A DNA stretch of 64,000 bases from Promethearchaeota archaeon (GTDB lineage: Archaea > Asgardarchaeota > Lokiarchaeia > Sigyniarchaeales > SOKP01), in contig JBHLOY010000003.1 of NCBI GenBank assembly GCA_048939995.1, positions 320,001 through 384,000 on the forward strand. Reading direction: 5' to 3'. Made by a program: the position numbers and the translations under genes. Positions 1-10,162 of this stretch are shown piece by piece. Positions within the stretch are counted from its first letter, which is position 1, and the number at the start of each line of letters is the position of its first letter. Below the pieces are notes generated by a model. That model did no database searches, was not told the DNA's origin, and saw nothing but the letters and a program-made list of their open reading frames with translations.

Positions 1-1
1 A

Positions 2-2659
2 TCTGTTCAATTTAACTAATATTAATGCTTTATTATTTTGCAGTGGCTTGTTATTCGGATCCTCAGCAAGAACTTCATCAATAGCATTTAAACCCGAATT
101 ATAATCTTTTATCTTAAAATATATGAATGATTTAAGCAGGTTCATTTTAAGCAAATGTTTTGGGAAATTTTCAATTATCAGATCAATGAGCCTAATTGCT
201 TCATTGTCTCTATTCATTGCAATCATGAAAATAACTTTTGATTTATAATAGTCTATATCCCTATCATTCAGTTTAATTGCCTCATCTATTGCATCTATCG
301 CATCTTGATGTTTTCCAATCTGATTTAATATTATGGCTTTTAATTGGTAGTACATAGCTCTATTAAATTTGAGAGGATCAATTAAAGCTTTATCTATTTC
401 AGTATTGAAATCATCTAAAGTAACTCCTTCTAGATTGCCATTGTAAATAAGAGAATAACCAAACACAAGAGCATTTATTACAAAAGAAATTGGATTATTT
501 GGATAAGTAGCTAAGCATTGATTTGCCACTTTTAATGCATCACCAAACCTGCCACGCCCTATATATGAGTGAGCTAAAAGTAATAAGGCAGAAGTATCAA
601 TAAGCGGATTCGGTTCAAAAGGATTTATTGCAAAATTCAATTCATCTTTAATAATATTTTCTGCATCTTTAAATTTTGAATTAAGACTAAATAGTGCTGC
701 TTTTAAGATTATCAAATCCTTATTCATTGGTTTTAACTTAATAGCTGTCTCAATCAAATTCACGGGTTTTTCAAAGTTTTTTTGGCAGAATTCTACTTGT
801 TTAACCATTGCTGAAAACTTGGTGCGCAATAATAAGACATTATTAGGGTTCTTGGAAATTGCTTTTTCAATGATCTTTTGGCCTTCCTCTTCTTCATCTT
901 TTCTAATGAGAATCTGAGTCTTTTGGGCGATTAAAACAAAATTATATGCATTTTTTATTCCTTGTTCAATTATATCTAATGATTTCTCTAAATCATTCAT
1001 CAAGAAATAAGTAATTGATTGAAATAAGTAACCTAAATAATCTTTAGGTCTTTTTTCGATTAATTTATCAGTAATTTCAATTGACTCTTGAAATCTAAAT
1101 TGTGAGGTATAAATTAAATCTTGAAATATCAATTTTTCAATTTCGTTTAATTTATCTTGTCTATTATTAAATAGAGATAGTACATCACTAAAATCACCTT
1201 TTCTTAAAATTTGTACAAATTCATCTAATAATTCTAAGTTGGATGGAGAAATCTCATCATAACTTTCAATATATTCTATAAAGTCTAACTTATATAAGTA
1301 AAATATATTTAGCGTCTCAAAGAACTCATTATTAAGCACATAACTTACTTCACCTTCCTTTTCTTGGCTCTCAGAAGGTCTAATTGAAAATGCCTCAAAT
1401 TCAGTTGAGATTGCCTGCCAAATTAAACTTTCTAATTTAGATTCATCGGTTACCAATTTTTTCTCGGTTCCAATCTTATATGCTAAATCCTTTATATATT
1501 GTGGTAAAAATCTCAAGAAAGCATCTTTTAAATCCTCATGGAATAAAATTACGCAGCCTTCACTTACTATTTTATTAATTATAGAACTAATATCGATAGA
1601 GGAAGGTTTATCACTTACAAATTCGCTTAATTTGTTCAAATATGTGAATTTCGTTATTTTTTCATCTACTGATGCCCTTAACATTCTTTCAAGTTTTTCA
1701 TTTTCCTGAAAGTAAAGTTCTTTACTGGGAAATACATCTAATTTGAAGAATTTTGTATCATAGAGATCTTGATCTACTATTTTTTGTATGAAAAATTTTA
1801 AGGTGTTTATATCAATATCATATTCGGAAGAAAATTGTTCAATTGATATGTATTTTGGATATTGATCCGGGTGATTCATAGATAAAAACAAGAGAATTTT
1901 GTAAAACTCTTCTTTATCTTCAACCATTGTTTTGACTTTTGCATAATCTAATTTTATTATGTTATTCAAGAACCTGAATTTTACATCATCATCTTTAATT
2001 TGATAAGCCTTAAAGAAATCAATAGTTTCTCTTGTAATTTGCTCAATTCTTTTACTTTCTTCCTCTAAAAGTGATTGGCGATCTAAATCATATGACTTTA
2101 GTATCTTTAGATATTCAGTTTCTCCTAAAGAAGTAATTACGTAATCTTTATTGTTGTTCTTTTGAATATAACCACTTTCTATCAATGAATTTAGACTGTT
2201 AGATAGAGAGGATTGATTGATAGATAGCGGCTCATCCTTGAAATCAGACCATCTACATGAATTATTATTATATAGCATCCATAGAATGCAATGTTCATAG
2301 TTTCTCTTATTTATAATCAACCTTGGTGGATAATTTAGTTTACTTTCTACTTCATCCTTTTTCCTGGATAATTCAAAGAGCCGTTCTTTTCCCTTAGAAG
2401 TAATTTTATAAACATTACAAATTCTTTCATTTTTTTTCTTAGAGACTTTCATAATATAACCTCCATCCATTAAGCGATTTAACCAATTAGAAAGAGTGGA
2501 TTGACTTATATTGACTGGATCATTTGTAAAGTGAGACCATTCCAACTCCTCATTATAATTTAGCATCCAAAGAATAATTTGATCGAATCTTTTTTTACTA
2601 AATGGAGGGGGAGAGATTATTTCATCAGGTGGATAAGATATAATATCTGTTATACCCAT
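2..2659 (-). CDS. Tandem winged-helix (MarR/ArsR-like) + TPR-repeat protein, 3' end runs off the window (>886 aa)
   Basis: Not in the ORF track because it has no stop in the window. Manual translation from ATG 2659 gives MGITDIISYPPDEII...IILWMLNYNEELEWSHF...ISQSTLSNWLNRLMDGGYI...YKITSKG, then a second copy YPPRLI...CILWMLYNN..CRWSDF...INQSSLSNSLNSLIESGYI...YVITSLG. The C-terminal half has helical TPR-like repeats. Confidence 0.8.
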   Translation of the reverse strand, partial: MGITDIISYPPDEIISPPPFSKKRFDQIILWMLNYNEELEWSHFTNDPVNISQSTLSNWLNRLMDGGYIMKVSKKKNERICNVYKITSKGKERLFELSRKKDEVESKLNYPPRLIINKRNYEHCILWMLYNNNSCRWSDFKDEPLSINQSSLSNSLNSLIESGYIQKNNNKDYVITSLGETEYLKILKSYDLDRQSLLEEESKRIEQITRETIDFFKAYQIKDDDVKFRFLNNIIKLDYAKVKTMVEDKEEFYKILLFLSMNHPDQYPKYISIEQFSSEYDIDINTLKFFIQKIVDQDLYDTKFFKLDVFPSKELYFQENEKLERMLRASVDEKITKFTYLNKLSEFVSDKPSSIDISSIINKIVSEGCVILFHEDLKDAFLRFLPQYIKDLAYKIGTEKKLVTDESKLESLIWQAISTEFEAFSIRPSESQEKEGEVSYVLNNEFFETLNIFYLYKLDFIEYIESYDEISPSNLELLDEFVQILRKGDFSDVLSLFNNRQDKLNEIEKLIFQDLIYTSQFRFQESIEITDKLIEKRPKDYLGYLFQSITYFLMNDLEKSLDIIEQGIKNAYNFVLIAQKTQILIRKDEEEEGQKIIEKAISKNPNNVLLLRTKFSAMVKQVEFCQKNFEKPVNLIETAIKLKPMNKDLIILKAALFSLNSKFKDAENIIKDELNFAINPFEPNPLIDTSALLLLAHSYIGRGRFGDALKVANQCLATYPNNPISFVINALVFGYSLIYNGNLEGVTLDDFNTEIDKALIDPLKFNRAMYYQLKAIILNQIGKHQDAIDAIDEAIKLNDRDIDYYKSKVIFMIAMNRDNEAIRLIDLIIENFPKHLLKMNLLKSFIYFKIKDYNSGLNAIDEVLAEDPNNKPLQNNKALILVKLNR

Positions 2660-2710
2660 TTTTTTTAACCTATTTTTTTTTGCTCCTTAGTTATTATATT
2701 AGTATTAGTT

Positions 2711-2800
2711 CAATATAAAGTTTTCAGTTCAGATAATCAATTGGAGTTCGAATGAAGTACTGACTTCAGCATGAAGTATAAAGCACGAACCTATAAATAA
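2711..2800. promoter_or_regulatory. Divergent promoter region: two TATA-like boxes flanking a TGAAGT/ACTTCA triple-box operator
   Basis: TTTATATT on the minus strand (2712-2719) and TATAAATA on the plus strand (2792-2799). Between them lies TGAAGT-ACTG-ACTTCA-GCA-TGAAGT (2753-2777). Confidence 0.5.
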
Positions 2801-2865
2801 AGTCTCACCCTAATTAAAATTAAGAAAAAAAAACAAAACAAGAAAAAAAAAAGAGTGAAAGAAAA

Positions 2866-3081
2866 ATGGTTCAAGTATTAGAAAAGCCCCAGGAAATAGT
2901 TTTAGTTGAAGTTCCTGAGGTTAAAAAGGAAGTAAAAGCCAGTAAGATTCAAGAAATAAAAGCAAAACTTAGTCGAGTAAAAGACTATGCTAAAAAGCAT
3001 GAATATTACTTGAATATAAAAGACGTTAAAACCGAAATGGCTACAAATTCCTATGGCATGAGACTATTTAGGAATTATTAA
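2866..3081 (+). CDS. Small hypothetical protein (71 aa)
   Basis: ATG start after an A-rich leader, TATA-like box upstream, T-tract and hairpin downstream; occupies its own intergenic space. Confidence 0.6.
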   Translation: MVQVLEKPQEIVLVEVPEVKKEVKASKIQEIKAKLSRVKDYAKKHEYYLNIKDVKTEMATNSYGMRLFRNY

Positions 3082-3083
3082 TT

Positions 3084-3138
3084 TCTTTTTAATTTTTTTT
3101 GAAATAAATTTTTGCTTGTTTCCAAGCAAATCTTTTCT
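3084..3138 (+). terminator. Putative terminator (T-tracts plus TTTGCTTG-tttc-CAAGCAAA hairpin)
   Basis: Oligo-T runs after the stop at 3081; 8-bp inverted repeat at 3111-3130 followed by TCTTTTCT. Confidence 0.4.
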
Positions 3139-3342
3139 ATATCTAAATTTTTTAAAATACTTAAGTATGGGATATTATTTCCTCACTTTGCCTTCACTCT
3201 GGATTTATAAATTTAGTTAGTTATTAAAAAAAGATTAATTACACAGAAATCAAAAACAATTAAATATAGCTTATAGCATAATTATTATTATCCAAGACAA
3301 ATATTTATAAAAATTTTAAAAAAAAATTAGATGTGATTTTAT

Positions 3343-3825
3343 ATGCCAATAATGGAAGGTTGGGAGGTCTCTCGCGATAGAGTGGAGAAATTTCAAAAAA
3401 TGTTGGAGACAGATCCTTTGGGGGACCCAATAATTACTTCAAAATGCAGACTTGGAAAAGATAATGGGTTGATTATCGTTAGCAATAACGGATTTGCCTG
3501 GAGAATACAATCAGGGTACGGTACAGCTGTGTGGGAACATGGTAAAAGTAAATGGGTGCGATGGCACGATGTAGATCATATGATGGAAAAGAAGCCTGGT
3601 CTTGTATTTTTATGGGTAAAAGTACGCGATAAGAATGGTGGCTTAAAAATTGATAAAAAAGGCAACCCTAAATTAGCGAAGTGGTTTTTTGTATTAAATA
3701 GAAATAAGGATGAGGATAAACCTCATTTTTACGAGAGGAGAGCTGCTTTCTTTAACATTATATCCCAAATATTTGAACAGAATAGAGGAGATACAGACCC
3801 TCCAACAAGTGATTCAAGAATTTAA
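3343..3825 (+). CDS. Hypothetical protein, possible PH/GRAM-like fold
   Basis: 160-aa ORF; the pattern GLIIVSNNGFAW...WVRWHDVDHM plus a C-terminal helix resembles PH-like domains. Confidence 0.65.
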   Translation: MPIMEGWEVSRDRVEKFQKMLETDPLGDPIITSKCRLGKDNGLIIVSNNGFAWRIQSGYGTAVWEHGKSKWVRWHDVDHMMEKKPGLVFLWVKVRDKNGGLKIDKKGNPKLAKWFFVLNRNKDEDKPHFYERRAAFFNIISQIFEQNRGDTDPPTSDSRI

Positions 3826-3867
3826 ACCATCAAAATTAATCTCTAATTTTTTTTATTTTTCCAGAAA

Positions 3868-5328
3868 TTAATTCTTATTTTTCTTTGTTTGTACAAACTT
3901 TTGAGTAAATGGATCATATTCCTTCGATTCATTTCTGCTTATTCTTTTTTCAATGAATTTTCTAAAGACTTTAAATAGAAAATTTTCAATTCCCACTCCA
4001 AAAAATTCTTTTTTCCATCTAAAGGTTCCTGGGGTTCTGATAAGTTTAAAAATTGGGAAATCTTCTTGTTCAAAAACTTTCTTACCAACTATCGCACTTG
4101 TAATTGAAATCATTTCAAGTAAATTTTTGTGGTTTAAATAGGGTTGAGCATTTTCTCTTCGAATTTTCGCCCAATCGAGTAGATTAGAGGGTGGGATAAA
4201 TCCCAACTTAATCGCTAGATCATAGATTGGAGTATTAGGGTAAGGAAAGAGTAACTTAACTGAAAATTCGCAATTAGGGTTGATCTGTTTAGTCCTTTTA
4301 ATCAACGATAAAGTCCCTCTAATATCCTTTTTAGTTTCACCAGGGATACCAATCATCCAACTATAATCTGCTTTAATGTTTAAATTTCTTGTAATTTGTG
4401 CACTCTTAATTATATCCTTAATTGAAATCTTCTTGTTTAAGATATTTAATATTCTTTGAGACCCTGATTCTGCTCCAAAATACATTTGCCTACAGCCATG
4501 CTCTTTTGCCTCCTTAGCTAATGCATAATTTAGCCGATCAACACGTAATTCTGCTTTCCACGTTATTTCGTGTTCTTTGAAATAATTAAAGAGAGATTTC
4601 ACTCGCTTTAGATCAGCAAAAAAATTATCATCGTAGAAAATTATATTCCTTACCCCAAAATCTAAAACCTTATCGAATTCTTCCATACATTTATCAGATC
4701 CCCATCCCCTCCATACATTATTTAAAAGAGTATTATAACAAAAAGCACATCGGAATGGACAACCTCTACTAGTGATACATATATATGTTCCATTTTTTAC
4801 ATAATGCGTCGGATTTATCAGATTCCAAGGAATACTTAAAGAATTTAACTCAGTACTAGTTAAAAGTTTGGAGTCAGGATTATGATAAATCTTATCATTT
4901 TTTTTAAAAGAAAGCCCATTAATCTGGCTTAAATTTTTCCCGGTTATGAGTTCATAAAAAGATACTTCACCCTCTCCTCGGATAACAAAATCGATAAATT
5001 TGCTTTGAAGGGTTTGGGAAGCAAGGATGGTGGGGTGTATCCCTCCCCAGACTACTTTAATGTCGTTAAATTCTTCCTTGATGATTTTAGAAATATTTAA
5101 GGCATATCGAATCTGTGGGCCTGTCATTACAGAAACACCAACATATTCGGGATTATTATCAGATATATCATCAATTACTTGAGAGATCGAGTCAAATCGT
5201 AAATCATAAATTTTTACATCTATATTTGCTTTTTTTAAATAATCTGCAATAAATAAAATTGAATAGGGTGGAGTAGGAAGCTGAGTTCCTGTAAATTCAA
5301 GTTGTGGATAAATTAATATTGAATTCAT
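3868..5328 (-). CDS. B12-binding domain radical SAM protein (class B-like)
   Basis: N-terminal cobalamin-binding motifs (VGVSVMT, VVWGGIHPT, RGEGE), CxxxCxxC in SRGCPFRCAFC, FYDDNF, GAESGSQRIL. Confidence 0.92.
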   Translation of the reverse strand: MNSILIYPQLEFTGTQLPTPPYSILFIADYLKKANIDVKIYDLRFDSISQVIDDISDNNPEYVGVSVMTGPQIRYALNISKIIKEEFNDIKVVWGGIHPTILASQTLQSKFIDFVIRGEGEVSFYELITGKNLSQINGLSFKKNDKIYHNPDSKLLTSTELNSLSIPWNLINPTHYVKNGTYICITSRGCPFRCAFCYNTLLNNVWRGWGSDKCMEEFDKVLDFGVRNIIFYDDNFFADLKRVKSLFNYFKEHEITWKAELRVDRLNYALAKEAKEHGCRQMYFGAESGSQRILNILNKKISIKDIIKSAQITRNLNIKADYSWMIGIPGETKKDIRGTLSLIKRTKQINPNCEFSVKLLFPYPNTPIYDLAIKLGFIPPSNLLDWAKIRRENAQPYLNHKNLLEMISITSAIVGKKVFEQEDFPIFKLIRTPGTFRWKKEFFGVGIENFLFKVFRKFIEKRISRNESKEYDPFTQKFVQTKKNKN

Positions 5329-5406
5329 TTTAGGAAAAAATATAGAATATAAATTGAAAATACTTATTATTTATTAAAGTTATAAGGAGATTCAAAATCT
5401 AGGAAA

Positions 5407-7371
5407 TTAGGTTATATTCAATTTTCCTATCCAAAATTCAACTTTCTTCTTAGTTTCCTCTATTTCGCCTTTACTAAGTAATTTAGGTACAATTTTGAGG
5501 GAGGATATTGTAATAGTCATCTGTCCTAAGACTGAAGAATATCCTTTTTCTTCCACAATCTTATTCCGGATTAATTCAATATCAGAAGAAATTTCACTAC
5601 CTATTTTTTTATCTAAGTTATTTATAACTTCTGTAAATAATTCTAATATTGATTTTCCTCCTAAATCTGCAGGAGTTGACCTAGGAACTTCAATTAGAGG
5701 TTGAGGCTTCATTTTAGGTGCTTCAACTTCAGGTTTTTGTTTAAGAGGTTCAAATTTTTCGACTTCTTTTGGTTTATATGATGGTTTCATCGCAGGTTCT
5801 AGTTTTAATTTAGTTTCAGGTTTTGGTGTGGTTCTTGGGATTGGAGGTTTAACTTCTGTTTGTGCTGTTTTTTGATAATCTTCTCCTAAAGCGTACTTAA
5901 TTTCTTCATCACTTACTTTCTTAGCCTGCATCCAAACTTCCTCAAGAACGCCAGCGAATAATTTGACATGTTCCTCAAGGATAGAACCCATTCCAGCAAT
6001 TTCAAAATCGCCCAACTCAATTTTAGATACAACACAAACAACGACCTCCTCAAAATCGCGATTAATTGCCCACAAGTTTTCTCTTGGATAATGACGAATG
6101 CTAATATTTGGGTAATTTATAATTTGTGCAAGTTTACCTTTATGATCGGGATTATTCCAATCAAAATTAGTTGAAATTCTCACATTTATATGTTTCTTTA
6201 CATTTGAAATAGCTACAATATCTATATCATCTAAACTTGGCGCAATTATATGAACTCTCATCTTTAAACGGGTTAAGGTTTCATTAATCTGGGCCTTCAT
6301 TCCTTCAATACTTCTCACAAACCAAACATCTCTATATGATAACATCGAAGCTCTTTTTGATCTTTCAAAAAATTCAGTCATTGTGTCTTCTGATAAATCG
6401 AGTTGTTTGATAATACTAAGCATTATATCTTCTTCAAGAGTTTTGTATATTTCTTTTTGGAACATTTGTTTTAATTCTTCAATACCCTTATCAACATCTT
6501 CATAAACGGAAGAAATTCGTTTATCTAAATCTTCTAAAGTTTCTCTCAACCCTCCTTCAATATCAGTAAATGTATCTCCTAAATCAGTGGACATTTCCCC
6601 TGCTGCGTCCGAAATTGTTGCAAGTTGATTAGTTACTTGATCAAGAGTATTTTCAATTGTCTTTACAAATTTTTGTTTAAAATAATCTGTTAAATCTATG
6701 AATTGTTCTGAAATGATACGTGATACTATTTTCTCTGCCATACTCTTTAAAGCACCAATTCGAAACTGTTTTTCAAAAGCATCCGAAATCTCTGCTTTCA
6801 TTTTTTCTAATCGTGATTCGACAATTCCGAATTCTTTAATGATTTCATCAGGGACAATTTCTCGTAAATTTATTATAAAGCTTCTGATTTCTTGAAATTT
6901 TTTTACACTTTCTAACTCTTTTTCTATTCTACTAAACTGAGTTTTTAATTGAGCTGGTAAATTATTTTTCATCATATGAATATAATTACGATATTCATTT
7001 AGCTTTCCAAGTTTAGCTGATTGCTCTTCAATTTTACGGAATTTTAATTCTAAAGTTTGAGGAGTAGATTCCCGAATTTTTTTTACTACGTTTTTAAATT
7101 GTCCGATTTGGTTTAATAAAGCAGTGTAAGGTGGTAAGGCTACATAAAATGGTGTTTTTCCAGGAACCTCCCTTACTAAACCTTTTATGAGCAAATTTTT
7201 AGCTATTTGAGCAGCTCTTTCTTCTGAAGTATTAATCAGAAGAGCAATCTCTCCAACTAAAACTGGGCCTCTCCCAGTGAGATGAAAATATGTATCAACT
7301 TCATCCTGACTTAATCCAATTAATTCTAAAACTTGCTTAGTAGATTTAAATTCATCTTGTTCTGAAGACAT
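5407..7371 (-). CDS. TrmB-like wHTH protein with long helical/coiled-coil insert and TrmB/PLD-like C-terminal domain
   Basis: N-terminus LELIGLSQDEVDTYFHL...LLIKGLVREVPGKTPFYVALPP is TrmB-like; about 250 aa of amphipathic helices; then VHIIAP...LWAINRDFEEVVV and a Pro/Lys/Glu-rich linker. Confidence 0.7.
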   Translation of the reverse strand: MSSEQDEFKSTKQVLELIGLSQDEVDTYFHLTGRGPVLVGEIALLINTSEERAAQIAKNLLIKGLVREVPGKTPFYVALPPYTALLNQIGQFKNVVKKIRESTPQTLELKFRKIEEQSAKLGKLNEYRNYIHMMKNNLPAQLKTQFSRIEKELESVKKFQEIRSFIINLREIVPDEIIKEFGIVESRLEKMKAEISDAFEKQFRIGALKSMAEKIVSRIISEQFIDLTDYFKQKFVKTIENTLDQVTNQLATISDAAGEMSTDLGDTFTDIEGGLRETLEDLDKRISSVYEDVDKGIEELKQMFQKEIYKTLEEDIMLSIIKQLDLSEDTMTEFFERSKRASMLSYRDVWFVRSIEGMKAQINETLTRLKMRVHIIAPSLDDIDIVAISNVKKHINVRISTNFDWNNPDHKGKLAQIINYPNISIRHYPRENLWAINRDFEEVVVCVVSKIELGDFEIAGMGSILEEHVKLFAGVLEEVWMQAKKVSDEEIKYALGEDYQKTAQTEVKPPIPRTTPKPETKLKLEPAMKPSYKPKEVEKFEPLKQKPEVEAPKMKPQPLIEVPRSTPADLGGKSILELFTEVINNLDKKIGSEISSDIELIRNKIVEEKGYSSVLGQMTITISSLKIVPKLLSKGEIEETKKKVEFWIGKLNIT

Positions 7372-7394
7372 GTCCTAAAATTGCACCTTACCTT

Positions 7395-8522
7395 TTATTT
7401 TTTATATACTTGTTCAAGTAATTCTAAGTGTTTAATGGCGGTGTTCTTTTTCAACTTTTTGTTGGCAATATCCCTCCTTATATTTTCAATCATATATTCA
7501 GGATAGAAAGTTAAAGCTACAACATCGGTTAATAGGAAGATCCATTCTAAGCCTTTACTATCCTTTATCATCGTAATTATATTGTCATTTTGTAATGAAT
7601 TTAAAAAGTCTCTTATTTCATCGAATGTCTCTCCAGGACCTTTAGGGATCTTATTAATAGGATACGTTTTTTCTCTAAATAATGTTATAAAATCATATTT
7701 ATCAGGATTTATCATATTGTGAGAAATTTTTAAATTATCTTCGAAGGTGGGTTGGTAAGAACTAAAGAACTTTCTTGCTTGTTCTAAATATATTTGAGCC
7801 AAGTATGGTGTAGGCAAATTCTTTTTTGCATCTTTAATAACTTTCTCAGCTGGTTGCCTCATAATGGTGAAATCTGATAAAAGAAATAAAGTAATATCCT
7901 GGGTTCCTTCAATCCAGTCTTGTTTAATTAAATCGGTTTTAACAAATGGATCTAAAGTAATTTCAAGATTATATATCGATCGCTCTAAAGTTTCTTCGAG
8001 TAATTCTCGAAGTTCTTTTCGAGAATATGCTCTTTCTTGCAAACTTTCTAAAATCTTTCTTCCTTTCACACTAGTATAAATTTGAGCCATTCTTTGTTCC
8101 TTACTAAGATTTTTAAGTCTTTCTAAAAGAAATAATGAATTTTTTATATAATCTCTTAATTCTTCATTAATTTCATAACTTTTAGCAGGATTTTCAACAA
8201 TAGCATTCAGAAATTGCATTATATTATTATTTAGTTCAGAGATTACAGTTTCACCAAATAATTCGGGATCCTCGTCTAGTTCAAGCATAAGATTAATCAT
8301 AAATGGTACTTTCGATTCCATACCTGTAAAATAGCTTGATACATTCGAGCGAACCTTTTCCAATCTTACTAAAACGCTACCTGCCTGAGCAGCACCAGTA
8401 ATATGAGCATAAAAAATTCTCATCATATCATCTAGATTTACTAATAAATCTTCTGGATAACAAAATTCTATTACTAATCCACGATCTTCAGTCCATCTAG
8501 TTATTATAAATCCTTTAGGCAT
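7395..8522 (-). CDS. Longin/uDENN-like domain protein with C-terminal wHTH-like region
   Basis: N-terminus GFIITRWTEDRGLVIEFCYPE matches the uDENN/longin pattern (hhhhxF/W-D-xxG-xxh-xxYP); shares NVxS(Y/F)(F/Y)TG with 15474-16685. Confidence 0.6.
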   Translation of the reverse strand: MPKGFIITRWTEDRGLVIEFCYPEDLLVNLDDMMRIFYAHITGAAQAGSVLVRLEKVRSNVSSYFTGMESKVPFMINLMLELDEDPELFGETVISELNNNIMQFLNAIVENPAKSYEINEELRDYIKNSLFLLERLKNLSKEQRMAQIYTSVKGRKILESLQERAYSRKELRELLEETLERSIYNLEITLDPFVKTDLIKQDWIEGTQDITLFLLSDFTIMRQPAEKVIKDAKKNLPTPYLAQIYLEQARKFFSSYQPTFEDNLKISHNMINPDKYDFITLFREKTYPINKIPKGPGETFDEIRDFLNSLQNDNIITMIKDSKGLEWIFLLTDVVALTFYPEYMIENIRRDIANKKLKKNTAIKHLELLEQVYKK

Positions 8523-8539
8523 CTTATTTCACTTCTATT

Positions 8540-10162
8540 TTATTTTTCGACTACTTCTTTTAATTTATATTCTTCTAAACCTAAATTTTGCTTTTTATTT
8601 TGCAATTGAGTTTTTACTATATCCTCTCTTTTGTTAAAGGAGATTTTCTTTAATTTTTTTCCTTTTCTTATTTTCTTCCTCAATTTTCTTAATTTTCTAA
8701 CCAAAGGAGGATACTTAAAATGAGTTTGATAAATAATAATAATCATGATGGTTCCAATAATAGCAATAGTTAGTGTATAAATTAGCCACGTTAAATCTAC
8801 TCCAGGTTGATCTGGTATTAATATAGTATAAGAGATAACTAATGATACATCATCAATAGAGACAGTGATATTTTCATTTAGTGCAAAATTATCAGCGATA
8901 AAAATTTGTATTGATACATTTACATCATCAGATATTAAAGATGATACATCAAAACCACCTAATTTTGCTTCTTGATAATTAGTTGTAGCAGAAGCTAATT
9001 TAATAGTTTCCGTGTGCTTATTATCATTGATTAAAATTCTAATTTCTGAATTTGGAGATAGGGAGCTATTCCAGGCTTTATCAATTTTATAATTAAAGTT
9101 TAATAGAGCCTGATCTACAATAACACTATAATTGCTTATATCACTTATTCTTTTACAATCTTGGCTTATAGATATGGACGTAGCTATATCGATTCTTTTT
9201 TGATATGTAAAAGTAAGATTACATGATTTTATTAACAAATAATAGAACGTATCACGGTCATATTCACCGTAGTTATCCTCAACATCTATATCAATTCCGA
9301 GAAAAATTGAAAAATTCTGGTGATCCGTTTCTAAAATTTTATTTAAATAAAAAACTAGGACTGTTTTAGGAACGGGAGTCATTAAAGTATCATTAATATA
9401 ATGTCTGACTCCATCAGTGGGTTGGTTTTGCCATGCAGGCAGATCCCCATAACCTAAACTTCTAGGTTCATAACTTGCAATTTGATATCTATCTTTTGCT
9501 TCTAAATCTGATATTTGGACATAAAATTTGACGTGGTCATACTCCGCTGCAGTCGGATTTGTACCTGTTAAAGTATCATTTGGAGTTTCTACATTTGAGT
9601 TAGCACATGCGTTAAATGTTGTTACTAAGTTAGCCGATGTGATAATATAATCCTTCATATCAACCGGCATTTTAATATCTCTCCTCCATAGTACACTAGG
9701 GCGATTTCTGGTCTGATTTCCAAGCACTCCAAATATATTCAATGTTGGTGATTCCCAGTACTCATGAGACGCATTACATCCAAATTCATTGATATTATAA
9801 AGATCTGGAAGAATCGATTCACCAGGTTTTTTGGTGGGGATCCAATCTGTTGCTTTTGGAACACCCGAAATGTTATTAAATATTTGTTCCTTCCCAATAA
9901 CCTTTATATTACTTTGTTCGCTAAAAATAGCCCCTTCAATATCACTTTGATCTCCATCAGTTGTGATATACCAATTATCTTGGGAAGTAAAATTAGGATT
10001 ATTAATCCATTGTTTTGAATCTTTGATCTCAGCCGAAGTACGTAAACTTTTTCTAATTGAATCTGAATAATTCATTAAATATTTAATATGAAATTGATAA
10101 TAGAGTGGAACTAAAAAGATAGATGAAATCAAGAGGAAAATAATCAATTTTTTACTCTTCAT
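8540..10162 (-). CDS. Secreted/surface protein with N-terminal signal/TM and C-terminal TM anchor (paralog A)
   Basis: Hydrophobic N-terminus, beta-rich body with NxS/T sequons, C-terminal TM (LTWLIYTLTIAIIGTIMIIIIY) followed by a basic tail; paralogous to 10152-11849. Confidence 0.8.
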   Translation of the reverse strand: MKSKKLIIFLLISSIFLVPLYYQFHIKYLMNYSDSIRKSLRTSAEIKDSKQWINNPNFTSQDNWYITTDGDQSDIEGAIFSEQSNIKVIGKEQIFNNISGVPKATDWIPTKKPGESILPDLYNINEFGCNASHEYWESPTLNIFGVLGNQTRNRPSVLWRRDIKMPVDMKDYIITSANLVTTFNACANSNVETPNDTLTGTNPTAAEYDHVKFYVQISDLEAKDRYQIASYEPRSLGYGDLPAWQNQPTDGVRHYINDTLMTPVPKTVLVFYLNKILETDHQNFSIFLGIDIDVEDNYGEYDRDTFYYLLIKSCNLTFTYQKRIDIATSISISQDCKRISDISNYSVIVDQALLNFNYKIDKAWNSSLSPNSEIRILINDNKHTETIKLASATTNYQEAKLGGFDVSSLISDDVNVSIQIFIADNFALNENITVSIDDVSLVISYTILIPDQPGVDLTWLIYTLTIAIIGTIMIIIIYQTHFKYPPLVRKLRKLRKKIRKGKKLKKISFNKREDIVKTQLQNKKQNLGLEEYKLKEVVEK

